Positions 28,241 to 40,721 of a stretch of DNA of 64,000 bases are shown here, in pieces (the first letter of the stretch is position 1; each line of letters starts with the position of its first letter). Made by a program: the position numbers and the translations under genes. The notes beneath the pieces are model-generated. The model did no database searches and was not told the DNA's origin. It saw nothing but the letters and a program-made list of their open reading frames with translations. The stretch is from Octopus sinensis (taxonomy: Eukaryota), in assembly GCF_006345805.1 (NCBI RefSeq), contig NC_042999.1, positions 30,194,001-30,258,000 of the forward strand, read 5' to 3'.

Positions 28241-29367
28241 ATGCGCCAATTTTTAGATATGTGAACGTATTTATATTATACAGGTCATTTTGTTGGCGTG
28301 TTCGTGTACACAAGTAAAATGTTATTCAATTTTTATGATAGAATATTACCTAATATAAATCCCTCGTGCGGTCAAAAGAATCTAAATCCTTTTCTCTTTT
28401 TTTTAACTGATTACTTTATAGTTCTATTATTTTGCATTGTCTTCTGTTAATATATTTGCAATTAACACTACCACAGATTAATTCTATCTTGACAAGTTAC
28501 ACACAATCACAAGTTGTCGTTATACTAACATTATCTAAAACATTGCACTGTACAGTACTTGCTTTCCATCAGATTATTCCACACACTTTTAAGCTAAATA
28601 TATTATTCATAATGCATCTTCATACTTCGTTTTTTGTAATGTATTCTTTAAGTAATACACCACACTTAGTCGGTCTTCAAACACAGACATACGAATTGTA
28701 TATCGCACAAAATAAAATAAAAAGACATTATCACCGCGTAAAGATTGCCATATATCTCTGCTTAGCATTTTAATATATCATTTTTCAAAACAAAAGTTAC
28801 CTGACATTTCTTTTTATGCAATTGAATCAAAGTCAAATCAGGAAAAATTACATACTTCAGCCAGTATGAGCACATATTAAAAATGAATTTTACGCCAAAG
28901 AATCATGTCAGCTGAATGATATAATCTGTGAAATCAAATGACAGTTGGTGAAAATATTAATAAAATGGTACATTATTCCGCCGATATTTTTTTTCGAGTA
29001 CTACATTTCCAACTTAGTATATATAACAAGATGTCACACAATTGAACTTAACACATAACCGTGGTTACGAAACAAGCTTCTCATCACGGATCGGTCCAGC
29101 ATATGAAGACAGCAGGCATGAAACGATCGTAGTGTGATATGAATTATATTTTTTTAATAATTTAGTTACATATTTAAATAATATAAATTATTCATATGTA
29201 TTGGCTTAAGTTTTTCATTGTTTGATTTGCCTAATAGTGGTTTTGTAACTAATTTAATATAATATATATATATATACGTATAAAATGTGTAGGGCTGGAT
29301 ATGTCGTTACATGGTTCAAACAATGCCTATATTTACACATACACGCGGCCACACACACCACACCCAT

Positions 29368-29405
<38 letters not shown>

Positions 29406-29502
29406 TATATATATATATATATTATATATACACATATCTATATATACATATATATATATATAATATATATATACATATATTATATATATATATATATATA
29501 TA

Positions 29503-29815
<313 letters not shown>

Positions 29816-29848
29816 AAATATACATACATACATATATATATATATATA

Positions 29849-31117
29849 TCAGATCATCCCATAAGTTCTCTCCGAATTTTGAATAAAGACAACAAGTGAT
29901 CAAATGTTACATGTAATTGAAATGTAATCATTAATGAACTTTCCATGATCACATATGACTTCCTTCCATATATTTACAGGCTTTTTAATACCATCAACTC
30001 TTTTGGTTCCAAAGCGAAGAACTCTGAAATGTCCGTTTCGACCTCGTCCTGGCTTGCGAAAGTTATGTCCCCTAAATGTTTCTGTAAACTACAAAATAAA
30101 TGGTATTCTAAAGGAGCAAAGTCGGGACAATAAGATGGATGTGGATTTTATCCCATCCAAGCTCTTCGATCTTCTGTGACATGATCTTTGCAGCGAGGGG
30201 TCCTCATAAAACACTACTCCTTTTGGATTCACTAAAGCAAGTCTTTTTTTTCATCGAAGCTTGGTTCAAACGCTCTAATTGCTGACAAGACTTGAGCATT
30301 AATTGTTGCATTAGGTGGTAAAAATTCAAAGTGAATTCCTGCCTTGCAATCCCACCAGAGGGAGAGAAGAACATTCTTACCATGTCGTTCCCCTCTCGGT
30401 TGCGTTGGAGCTTTTTTCCCTTTTACTAAGCCACTGTTCACAACGTTTAACATTTCGATAGAAGATCCATTTTTCGTTGCCAGTTACAAATCTCCTCCAA
30501 AAGGGTGAAATGGTTTCACGAGAATGGATAGAAGGGCAGATATTAACTCGCAATTTGCAGTTCCTTTCGGAGAATTCATGAGGCACACATTTTCCAAGTT
30601 TACGAATATTTTCCAGTTCTTGAAAATGACGATGACCAGTTGTATGTTTTGAAGTAAGATTTATTGCTAATTCTTCAACTGATAATACAGGATTTTCTTC
30701 AAGTAATGCCTCAAGGAGCTTATCATGAAACCCAACTGAACGTCATGTTCGACCTTCATCTTCAAGGCTGAAATCTCCACTTCTGAATTTTGGAAACGAT
30801 CATCTGCAAATTATTTCATTCAAGCTCTCCCTCCCATAACCCGAGTGTATGCTTCGAGTTGCTTCGTCTGTGGAGTTTCCTTATGTGTACTCATAAAGCA
30901 TTACGTGCCTCAAATGCTCTTTGGATACTTCCACGTGAGGAAGAGTTTTAATCAAAGAAATATTAATTCTATTATTTTGTAAAATAATATATAATTATTT
31001 TAAATGTACATAAATGCATAAGAATAAGTTATAATTTCATTAGACGTTCTAAGATACGATTAAATTTCATTCAATTTTAAGAAGGGTAAAATCGAACAGA
31101 TGGTATTAGATGACATG

Positions 31118-31118
<1 letters not shown>
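29849..31118 (-). mobile_element. Full-length (~1.27 kb) mariner element with pseudogenised transposase and degenerate TIRs in TA context
   Basis: EVSKEHLRHVMLYE, FRSGDFSLEDEGR, KLGKCVPHE, RFVTGNEKWIFY, KNVLLSLWWD. Left TIR TCAGATCATCCCATAAGTTCTCTCCGAATTTT; right end is a diverged complement. Confidence 0.88.
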
Positions 31119-31187
<69 letters not shown>

Positions 31188-33083
31188 GTGCATGAGTACG
31201 CATGATTTCGATGTGTCATTTTAAACTGATATACTGAGTTTAATTTTGTATACACCGTTAATATTAACCAAGGATTAAACGTATTCTCTGTAACCAAATA
31301 TCCACTTCCATTATCTGCATACATTAAACGCTTGCGTTAAATATCATGTTCATTATTCTGTTACCTTACTCTTAATATTGACTGTGAAATAGATGTCCAG
31401 AAACACACACTAGCACACAGAAACATATACTGGGAAGCAAAATCTAATTTTATTACAAATATCAACTCCCTGTTCTGAACATTTCAGTAGAGGAGGGGAT
31501 GTTTTTGTATTAAAATGCCCAGGAGACATCATAAATGACGATGGAGTTTGTCATCTTCTTGAAACTACTCTAGTATTACAGTGGTATAACGGGAATGTAT
31601 TTATGACGGTTACTAATCACCAACAACATTATATATTACACTAAAATTATATCATGTGCGAAATAGGATAATAAAACACAACTTCGTAGCGGGACTCTTA
31701 ACTTGCATGAACAATATATGTCGTAGTGTTTAAATGTAGCATCAGAGAATGCTCTTAGAACATTGGGAATGTGTGAAGTCACAGCTACATTTTTCACAGA
31801 GGTGATATCAAAAATGGTGACAATAAAAAGTCAAATATAAAACATAAAACAATAGTGCTAAGCTTTAAAATACGTTAAAACAGGAAGAAAAAGAAAGAGA
31901 AGTGACAATCCAATATTTTGAATTGGCGTCATCAAATTCTAGCACATCTAGCCCTGTAGCAATAAAGATATTGCATTTCAATAGAAATTGATTGAAAAAT
32001 GGTTTAAAAAGATGAAGTGACTGGTAGTTTGTTTGCTGAATATTGCAATCGGCATTGCATATTTCCTTTTATATCTAAAATAAGATGTACATCAAAGGTA
32101 CAGACATTTTTAACTAATGGATAATATATTCGTGTCTCTAGCGGCATCATATAAAATAAAACTAAAATAATGGTGTTATTATATCTGAAATGTTGTAGTG
32201 CGTATTTCATATATACTATTGTTATTGTTATCTTGCGAAAGGCATGGCATTCTTCAATATAATATTGATAAAATAGAGAAATGAGAATAAAGAGAGAACA
32301 GAAATATGTATCATATTTTTTATTGTCATATTGGGTATTACGCTGCAATTTTTGTTTCGTTATTATGGTTTTCGTTTTCAAGTAAAGCATTTCTTTTAGG
32401 ATGGGCTTATGGTGAATGAGACACAGATATTGTATTATCTATTGTCCATTTTATTCATTCTCTATAATTTGAATATCGTATCGCTAGAAAAGATTTACAA
32501 AAGGTCAAAAAGAATCTGCATTTACACATATACATATTTACTCATGCCTTCATGAACACTAACACGTATAGAGAAATAAAAACTACAAATATTCCACGAA
32601 TACACACATTCACATGCGCAGGTATATACATTTATTATACACTTAAAGAAGTTATCAAATACAAAAAAGAAACAATGAGCATTGACTGAACAGGAGTCTC
32701 AATGCATATTTAGTGCCAAATATGTATTATAATTTTGTTGGCTGTAGACTTGGGCATTTCAGACAGTAAGTTCAGAACAAGTGAAGAGACCAGATACATA
32801 TCGAAGAGGGGATGGGCATAGTTGATATTGAACCGGTTATTAAGTTAAAAAATGAAAGGTGTGAGAGCGAACATTGGTACTTGTCTGAGTGTATTGCAGC
32901 AGAGAATGTTTTCTATTGATGGATGAAAGTGAGAGAAGTCTGGATATTAGTATTTAAAAGTAGCTTCAGGTAAGTACAGGAAAACGATTGGCGTCGACAA
33001 ATGCTGCCGTGTGGCGGATATATATGAGATTTCGTGTGTATGTTTGTGTACAACGTACACACACACCTATGGACACACACTGA

Positions 33084-33115
<32 letters not shown>

Positions 33116-33300
33116 CATATATATATATATATACATATTTAAGTAGGTGAATGAATTATCCTATGTTTATCGTCAGCATAGAAAATTCGTTTAACCGAAA
33201 CCTGGGTAGCAAATTCACGTCAGAAAACACGGTTGAAGCGACCTTTCAAGGGTAGAAACTCCGGGTTCACGTGTAGAAATTTGTGTTGTATATGAATAGA

Positions 33301-34136
33301 TGAAAGAATGGAGTCGAATGAAGATGTTAACAAAATTCCTTTACTCTCGACACATGTTTCGAAGACAGCATATTTTCATTCCGAAGGAATAAAGGGTGCA
33401 TTATGCAATCTTCTCATCAGGAAAGAAAAGGAAACTGTCTCAACAACAAGTCAAACAAAAATTTCGATGATTGCCAACATTGTAACCGAAGCGATAATGA
33501 GTGTTTTTTTAAAAAAAATCCGTTATAAGCATTGACGTCAAAAATGGATAGTAGGAGGAAGTAAAAATAGGTAGGGGACAGTATGTTTGCTGTATGTATG
33601 GAAATGTGTGGGTGTGTGCTTGTGTTAATGAGTGCATGTGTTTGTGTGTGTGTATATGTGTGTGTATATGACTGCATTTGTGTCTGTGTGTGTGATTGTG
33701 TGTGTGAGAGAGAGAGACATACGTCAAAGATATGTAGTAGTAAGGGAATATATAAAAAAAGTAATAGGTAGGGAAGGGGAAGAGTACGTTGATTGAAAGA
33801 ATGTCCGGAGGCTTAGGAAGGAATTTCTCTATAGCAGTTGTGTGGACGTGAAGCTAATTGTTAAAACCACAGTGATTATGGTTATCATTTATATGAGTAG
33901 AAAGTGTGTTACTGCCAATGTTTACATTTGTACGATTTTTGTATGAATGTGTTTACTAGGGGAACCTTAGCGAAAAGAATATGGAATCATCGAAATGTTT
34001 GTTTGTCTTGTTGTTGAGAGAGGCTCCTTATCTTTCCTAATGAGAAGATTGCATAATGTACCCTTTATTCCTTCGGAATGAAAATATGCTATAAGTAAAG
34101 GAATTTTGTTAACATCTTCGTTCGACTCCATTCTTT

Positions 34137-34138
<2 letters not shown>
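33301..34138. repeat. Inverted repeat pair, arms 33301-33472 and 33985-34138, with a ~510-bp microsatellite-containing spacer
   Basis: GAAAGAATGGAGTCGAATGAAGATGTTAACAAAATTCCTTTAC... is the reverse complement of ...GTAAAGGAATTTTGTTAACATCTTCGTTCGACTCCATTCTTTC; the left arm has an ~18-nt insertion. Confidence 0.85.
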
Positions 34139-34526
<388 letters not shown>

Positions 34527-34579
34527 TATAAGCGCATGTTTATGTTTAAACTCATATGTATATGTATATAAAGAGTCAT

Positions 34580-35360
34580 ATTGTCATTGAATGCTCGAAA
34601 TGAGTAGAAGCTTGACAGACGACAACTGATGAAGTGTCCTTTTTCTCTATAATCTTTTCCTATTTTCAATTTTTTCTCGTTGTTCACGTATATCACTTTT
34701 TTCCCTCGTTTGTATAGCTTTCTTTCTGTCACTCACTACTCTGAACTGTTTTCTTCCTGCATCCTGCACTAATTCATTTTCTCCCCTTCCTCCATCACCA
34801 TTTTCTATATGACTCTCTCTCTCTCTCTTCCCACTTTCTCTTTCTCTTTTTCCTCTCTCTCTCTCGTTCCTCACATGTGACCATCGGCCATCTTTCTTTA
34901 ACTCAAGTGACCACCTTTATTTTCCTGCATGGACGTTTAAACGAGCGCACATCTTTTTTCTCTCTCTCATGTATCATTTCTCTTTTCAAAAACAAATCTT
35001 TCTCGCAGGTTTCGCTAATTTTGTATTGTCTGGTCTAACTAACCTCCATGTTTGCTTTCGTTCTGCTTCTTTCTATATCTCCACTGTCATTTTTCGTTAC
35101 CAACTTTGTCCCTCCGTAAATCCTGTATTCTGTTTTAGAATTTATGGGAGCCACTCCCTTTGAAGACTCATCTTGTCGTTGATTGCACGACATGAGACGT
35201 AAAGAAACAATGAAGAACTGATGAAGGGTTCTTATTCTGTGTTAACTTATCCAGTTTTCCATTTTTCTCGATTTTTACGTATCTCACTCGTGTTTTTCCC
35301 TCGTTTGCTTAAGTATTTCCTGTTACTTTTACCGTTGGGGATGTGCTGTACCAATATATG
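34580..35360 (-). repeat. Two further copies of family X
   Basis: The reverse complement GCATATATTGGTACAGCACATCCCCAAC matches 12024-12046; the GACAACTGATGAAG motif is shared with 13489. Confidence 0.6.
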
Positions 35361-35750
35361 CATCTATATATGTGTGTATACGTGTGTGTCTGTTTGGGTC
35401 AGCGTTTGTGTTCGTATGAGTATGTGTGTGTGTCTGTGTGTATATATATATCTATAATACACTAAACGCCAGTTTCAATCCTGCTTGCTTGCAATGTTAC
35501 CCAGCCAAAGTGGTACTTAATGGGAAATTTCTATGAATTAAGATGCACCGGAAATGTTAATACGAACGGAACAAAAACAAGTTGCACATAAATCACACAG
35601 GTCCTTTTTTGAGATATAGGGATCATATACCCAAAACACTGCGTAATGGACAAAATATTCCGAAAATAACTTAATCCTGAAAGGGAAGAAACTCTTATTT
35701 TTCGATTACTGTATTCGACAGTGAATTGACAACGAACAAATACGATTTGT

Positions 35751-35798
35751 GCTTCGCTCTTAACCACTGCACCATATGCCCGTGGGCATAATAATAAC

Positions 35799-35841
<43 letters not shown>

Positions 35842-36094
35842 TTAATAATGATACTGATGCTGATGATGATGATAATGATAATAATAATAATAATAATAAT
35901 AATAAAATAATAATTAATAATAATAATAACATTAATAATGATACTGATGCTGATGATGAGGATAATGATAATAATAGTAATAATAATGATAATAATAATA
36001 ATAATAACAACAACAACATCGAAAAATACTTTAGGAATGACAACCCAGCTTCAACATATCCCCAAAGCACCTGATGAACGCTGAAAGGTATATA
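35751..36094. mobile_element. Rearranged copy of the hammerhead SINE: inverted tRNA head (35751-35781, -), (AAT)n, then tail (+) truncated within the ribozyme
   Basis: GCTTCGCTCTTAACCACTGCACCATATGCCC is the reverse complement of the head at 1608. AACATCGAAAAATACTTTAGGAATGACAACCC...CACCTGATGAACGCTG matches 3530-3600. Confidence 0.75.
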
Positions 36095-36384
36095 GGGAGA
36101 TAAATTGGAAAATTTGAAGCGATTTTAAATCCCAGAATGTCCCCCTCCCCAACAAAACCTCATATTACAAAATCCCCAAGAAGGCCTATGGAAACTACTT
36201 AGGATTATCAAGTTTAAGAAAAACCTTCTCAGGAATAAACACCTACGTAATTTGTAGCAGCAATTTAATGAACTTCGAAAATTGAAGGCTATTATCGTAC
36301 AGCTGACAAAGCCGGAAATATATACAACGTAGACGTTGATCTATACTATAATCTTTCGCACAATGAATTTACCATATATATATA

Positions 36385-36440
<56 letters not shown>

Positions 36441-36442
<2 letters not shown>

Positions 36443-36656
36443 TCTTTACTCTTTTACTTGTTTCAGTCATTTGACTGCGACCATGCTGGAGCACCACATT
36501 TAGTCGAGCAAATCGACCCCGGGACTTATTCTTTGTAAGCCCAGTGCTTATGCTATCGGTCTCTTTTGCCGAACCGCTAAGTGACGGGGACGTAAACACA
36601 CCAGCATCGGTTGTCAAGCAATGCTAGGGGCGACAAACACAGACACACAAACATAT

Positions 36657-36721
<65 letters not shown>

Positions 36722-36884
36722 GACAGACTTCCTTCAGTTTTCGTCTACCAAATCCACTCACAAGGCATTGGTCGGCCCGAGAATTCGTCATTAAAGACAC
36801 TTGCACATGATGACACGCAGTGGGACTGAACCCGAACCATGTGGTTGGTAAGCGAGCTACTTACCACACAGCCACTCCTGCGCC
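36441..36884 (-). mobile_element. Complete tRNA/CORE-like SINE with internal microsatellite and (AAAGAGT)n-like tail
   Basis: Head AGGCGCAGGAGTGGCTGTGTGGTAAG...GGGTTCAGTCCC; tail ...GACTGAAACAAGTAAAAGAGTAAAGAGT; close homologue at 39384-39803. Confidence 0.9.
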
Positions 36885-37352
36885 TATAAATATATATATA
36901 TAAATAATAAACAAAGATGTTCCTAAATCCATTAATCTTGAAGCTATAAATAAGGAATGAAAGCGCAGGTTATGAACAGTTTACACCTAGAATTAGCCTG
37001 AAAGTCTACAAAACTAAGTTACACATTGATCCAAAGTTAAGGCGTATCTAAAGGACTTTGTAAATCTCATATAGAAATATTCAGCAATATTATTATAGAT
37101 AAATACCTGCACTAACTTAAATCAAAAGTAACGCACCGTCTGTGGTCTAAAACACCAGAAGCAATTAACTGACTTACCAATTTCCTCTATAGGAAAGAAT
37201 GTAAATTAATTCAACTAGGCATTAACGACTATTACCAATCTATTAAAACTATTTTATTAAATAAGACACTTATCTTCGCCACGAACAGAACTATCTTATC
37301 TATGAAAGAAATAAAAATTATACTTGAAGCTAGAAAGACTAATATTACATAA

Positions 37353-37597
37353 TTTTTTTATTTTAATTTAATTTAAATTTAATTTTTATTGGCTCAAAAA
37401 GCAAAAGCATGGCCCTGTAGAGGGACAGGGAATTATGTACAGGGAGGATGGTCATACAAAAATTCAGGCCATTTTCGGTCAAGAGAGACTTTGAACCGAG
37501 CGTTCGTCGGCATCTTCACTATCCCGTTCGGCAGCTTATTCCACGAATCCGCAACCCGGACGGAGAAAGCCCCTCTCCTTCCACTGAGATGAAGGAA
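37353..37597 (-). mobile_element. 3' fragment of a CR1 LINE related to 45168-46440, with a (TTAAA)n-like tail
   Basis: RRGAFSVRVADSWNKLP..KMPTNARFKVSLDRKWPE; the 3'UTR aligns with 45190-45260. Confidence 0.88.
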
Positions 37598-39383
37598 ACT
37601 ATTAGACATAAAAAGAAACACTGGGCTATTTCCACATACCGAAAGGGCACAAGTCTCCGTAGCGGTAACCCACTTATTCGCAATATTCCTACTGCACAAA
37701 TTTAATGACGAATTATCTGAATACGACGGTGGATTATACCGGGACGACGCACTATTCTTAGTTAGGAATACCTCAAATAGAATATTAGAACTGTACAAAA
37801 AATACTACATACTTGTTTAACAATCAAGGACTATGTATTACCATTAAAAACGTTAATAACTCTATTAACTTCCCAGATGTTAATTCTACCCACCAACCTT
37901 ACCATAAACCTAAGACCAATATTACATACATAAATGTATACAGCTTCTACCACCATAATATTATAGAAAACTTGACCACTAACATAGAGAGAATCATAAA
38001 TCTAATATCATCTAACGAGGAATTATTTAAAAAACATAAGGATAATTATAACCTAGCACTTCATAAGGCAGGATAGAAATAAGAAATTAAATATAATAAA
38101 AACGACAACATTAGTAGTAATCATATCAAATTAATGAAATAAATAATATAGACATTATACTGAATTATATATAAGTATAGATATTATTATTGAATCCAAT
38201 TCGCCTGACGAATTATTACACCTAATTAAGCATATAACGAAAACTCTCAATGACAGTTATAAACATAACATCATCAAAAATGATGACATTCATCACTACA
38301 ATAACTATATTAAAGCAATCAAACACCACGAGCAACACACCCGAAATTTTACTAAGGAAAGGAATAAAAAATTAGTAATTATCAATTTCCGAACCACGCT
38401 GATATAAACAAATCTAGGAATACTGCCAGCACAACAGCCACGTAATTAATGATAGATATAGGAACATTAAGCCAATAAATATAGAATATAGGAATTATCT
38501 AAACACGCCTTTTTACTTCAATGACATGCTTAATCATAACACGCAAATTAATAAAGGTGGGAATGAAATAGCAAAAAAGAAACCAATAACGTTCTAAACA
38601 CAACCCAACCTTTTACTGAAGCAAACAATAATAATAATTTGGATTATAATCCAAATAGTATATTGCTACACATTTAACATCTAGCATTATAAGCTCCATT
38701 AGAATGATAATTAGTAAAATCATCTAAAACTGTAAAGATGCTAATATATTTAATACAAGAAAATTATATTTGGATTTTCAGTTTCTCCAAATATTTTTTA
38801 GGATAAAAAAAAATGGATCTAGTCTATGATAAAAAAAAAGCTATAAAAAGTGTACTTAGTGCCTCCAATAATAATACTATTAAAGATACATCTGATAATC
38901 TCAGAGTCAACAGCCACAACACTACTAACAACTGTAACTCTATTAATCCCGCAAAATATAGATATAAAACAGCTACAAATTCAGATTTTAACTGCTGTGA
39001 CCTAATGCCTGTGAAGTAGACAGAAATTGTAAAATGAAAGAAGTGGTATACCAAGCAACTATTATAACTCACGACTCCTCTAGACACACATACGTATGTT
39101 GGAACCAAAGCTCAATTAAATCGAGAATTTCTAACCATAAATTTACTTTTAGGGACCATTGAAAAGAGAATAGTCACATATTTCAACTGCTAAAGACAAA
39201 TACACTACAGTTAACGTGCAGAAAAATTTTCTCTCTAATGGTAAAAGGTGTGAAAAAAACCTCGTTCGTTCAGTGTCGGCCTCTCTCTGGAATGTGAGTC
39301 ATCGATGTTTCAAGTTTGATGAATCTTGTCGATCAGATGTACCTGAGAGGGGAAACCCTGATCAAACTGACAAAGCTTATAGA

Positions 39384-39803
39384 ACTCTCTTTACTCTTTT
39401 ACTCTTTTACTTGTTTCAGTCATTTTGACTGCGGCCATGCTGGAGCACCACCTTTAGTCGAGCAAATCGACCCTGGGACTTATTCTTTGTAAGCCCAGTA
39501 CTTATTATATCGGTTTTTTTGCCGAACCGCTAAGTGACGGGGATGTAAACACACCAGCATCGGTTGTCAAGCAATGCTAGGGGGACAAACACAGACACAC
39601 AAACACACACATACATACATATATATATATACATATATTCGACAGGCTTCTTTCAGTTTCCGTCTACCAAATCCACTCACAAGTCATTGGTCGGCCCGGG
39701 GCTATAGAAGAAGACACTTGCCCAAGATGCCACGCAGTGGGACTGAACCCGCAACCATGTGGTTGGTTAGCAAGCTACTTACCACACAGCCACTCCTGCG
39801 CCT
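39384..39803 (-). mobile_element. Complete tRNA/CORE-like SINE
   Basis: Near-identical layout to 36441-36884. Confidence 0.9.
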
Positions 39804-40129
39804 ATATATAATACAGTCAACACATTCATTAGTTTACATTAGTGGATCACCCGGTCGAAAAAATATCGGAGTAAATGCTATAATCTCACGCCTGAGAGAA
39901 GATGACACAGAACGAACGGGTTGTTTTCACACCTTTTTACCATTTGAGGGAATTTGTTTCCACGGTAACTGTCGGGTATTTGCCTTTCGCAGCTGAAATA
40001 TATGACAAATATATTTCAACTAACCTAAATTGTGATTATACGTAGCGCATTTGCTCCGATAGTTAACTCGATCGGGCGATCTACAAGCGCAACTCAGTCA
40101 ATCTATCAGCTGAATTATATAAAAGGAGT

Positions 40130-40432
40130 GGAGGCGCAATGGCCCAGTGGTTATGGCAGCGGACTCGCGATCGTAGGATCGCGGTTTCGATTCCCAGACC
40201 GGGCGTTGTGAGTGTTTATTGAGCGAAAACACCTAAAAGCTCCACGAGGCTTCGGCAGGGGGTGGTGATCCCTGCTGTACTCTTTCACCACTCTTTCTCC
40301 CACTCTTTCTTCTGTTGACCTGCTGGCTTAGCCAGCGAGGTGGCCTTATGCGAAGGCTAAAACAATGCGAACGCATTGTGACCAGCGATGTGTAACTACA
40401 TCTCATGGACTGGTCGGTCACGTTATCACGTA
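40130..40432 (+). mobile_element. tRNA-Arg-like SINE (third family)
   Basis: GGAGGCGCAATGGCCCAGTGGTTATGG (A box), GACTCGCGATC, GGTTTCGATTCCC (B box), 3' GTCACGTTATCACGT. Confidence 0.8.
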
Positions 40433-40721
40433 TTATATAAAGATATAAGCTTTATCAGTTCGACAGGGTTGCTCATCTCGCGTACATCTGATCGACAAGA
40501 TTCAACAAACTCGAAACATCGATGTCTCAGATTCCCGAGAGCAGGTGACACTGAACGAACGGCGTGTTTCCAAACCTCTTTACCATAAGAGAGAATCGTT
40601 CTCCACAGTAAGTAGTGCATTTGCCCTTAGCAGTTTAAATATGTGACAAACCTATTTCAGATAACGTAAATTGTGATAATACGTAAATACTGCATAGCGC
40701 ATTTACCCTGATATATATATA

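Larger units (their letters stand above)
36100..39220 (+). mobile_element. Degraded PLE of the same AT-rich family as 1-1476, interrupted by a SINE and a CR1 fragment
   Basis: GLWKLLRIIKF..ADKAGNIY (36190-36330), GGLYRDDAL (37727-37755), QPYHKP..ITYINV, NYNLALHKAG, and GIY-YIG remnant CKMKEVVYQATI..HTY..KSRISNHK (39025-39150). Confidence 0.8.
39215..40700. repeat. Three diverged copies of an unnamed repeat (family Y): 39215-39385 (+), 39870-40060 (-), 40440-40700 (-)
   Basis: Shared CGTTCGTTCAGTGTC..., CATCGATGTTTC, GAATCTTGTCGATCAGATGTAC motifs. Confidence 0.75.

Noticed and set aside
32004-32390. 128-aa AT-rich ORF (similarly 7364-7633 and 53078-53374)
   Set aside because: Low-information composition, no recognisable motifs and no splice-consistent boundaries.
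40130-40200. Genuine tRNA genes at the SINE heads (also 1608, 21832, 36884, 39803)
   Set aside because: Acceptor stems and cloverleaf pairing are incomplete, and each continues into a SINE body.
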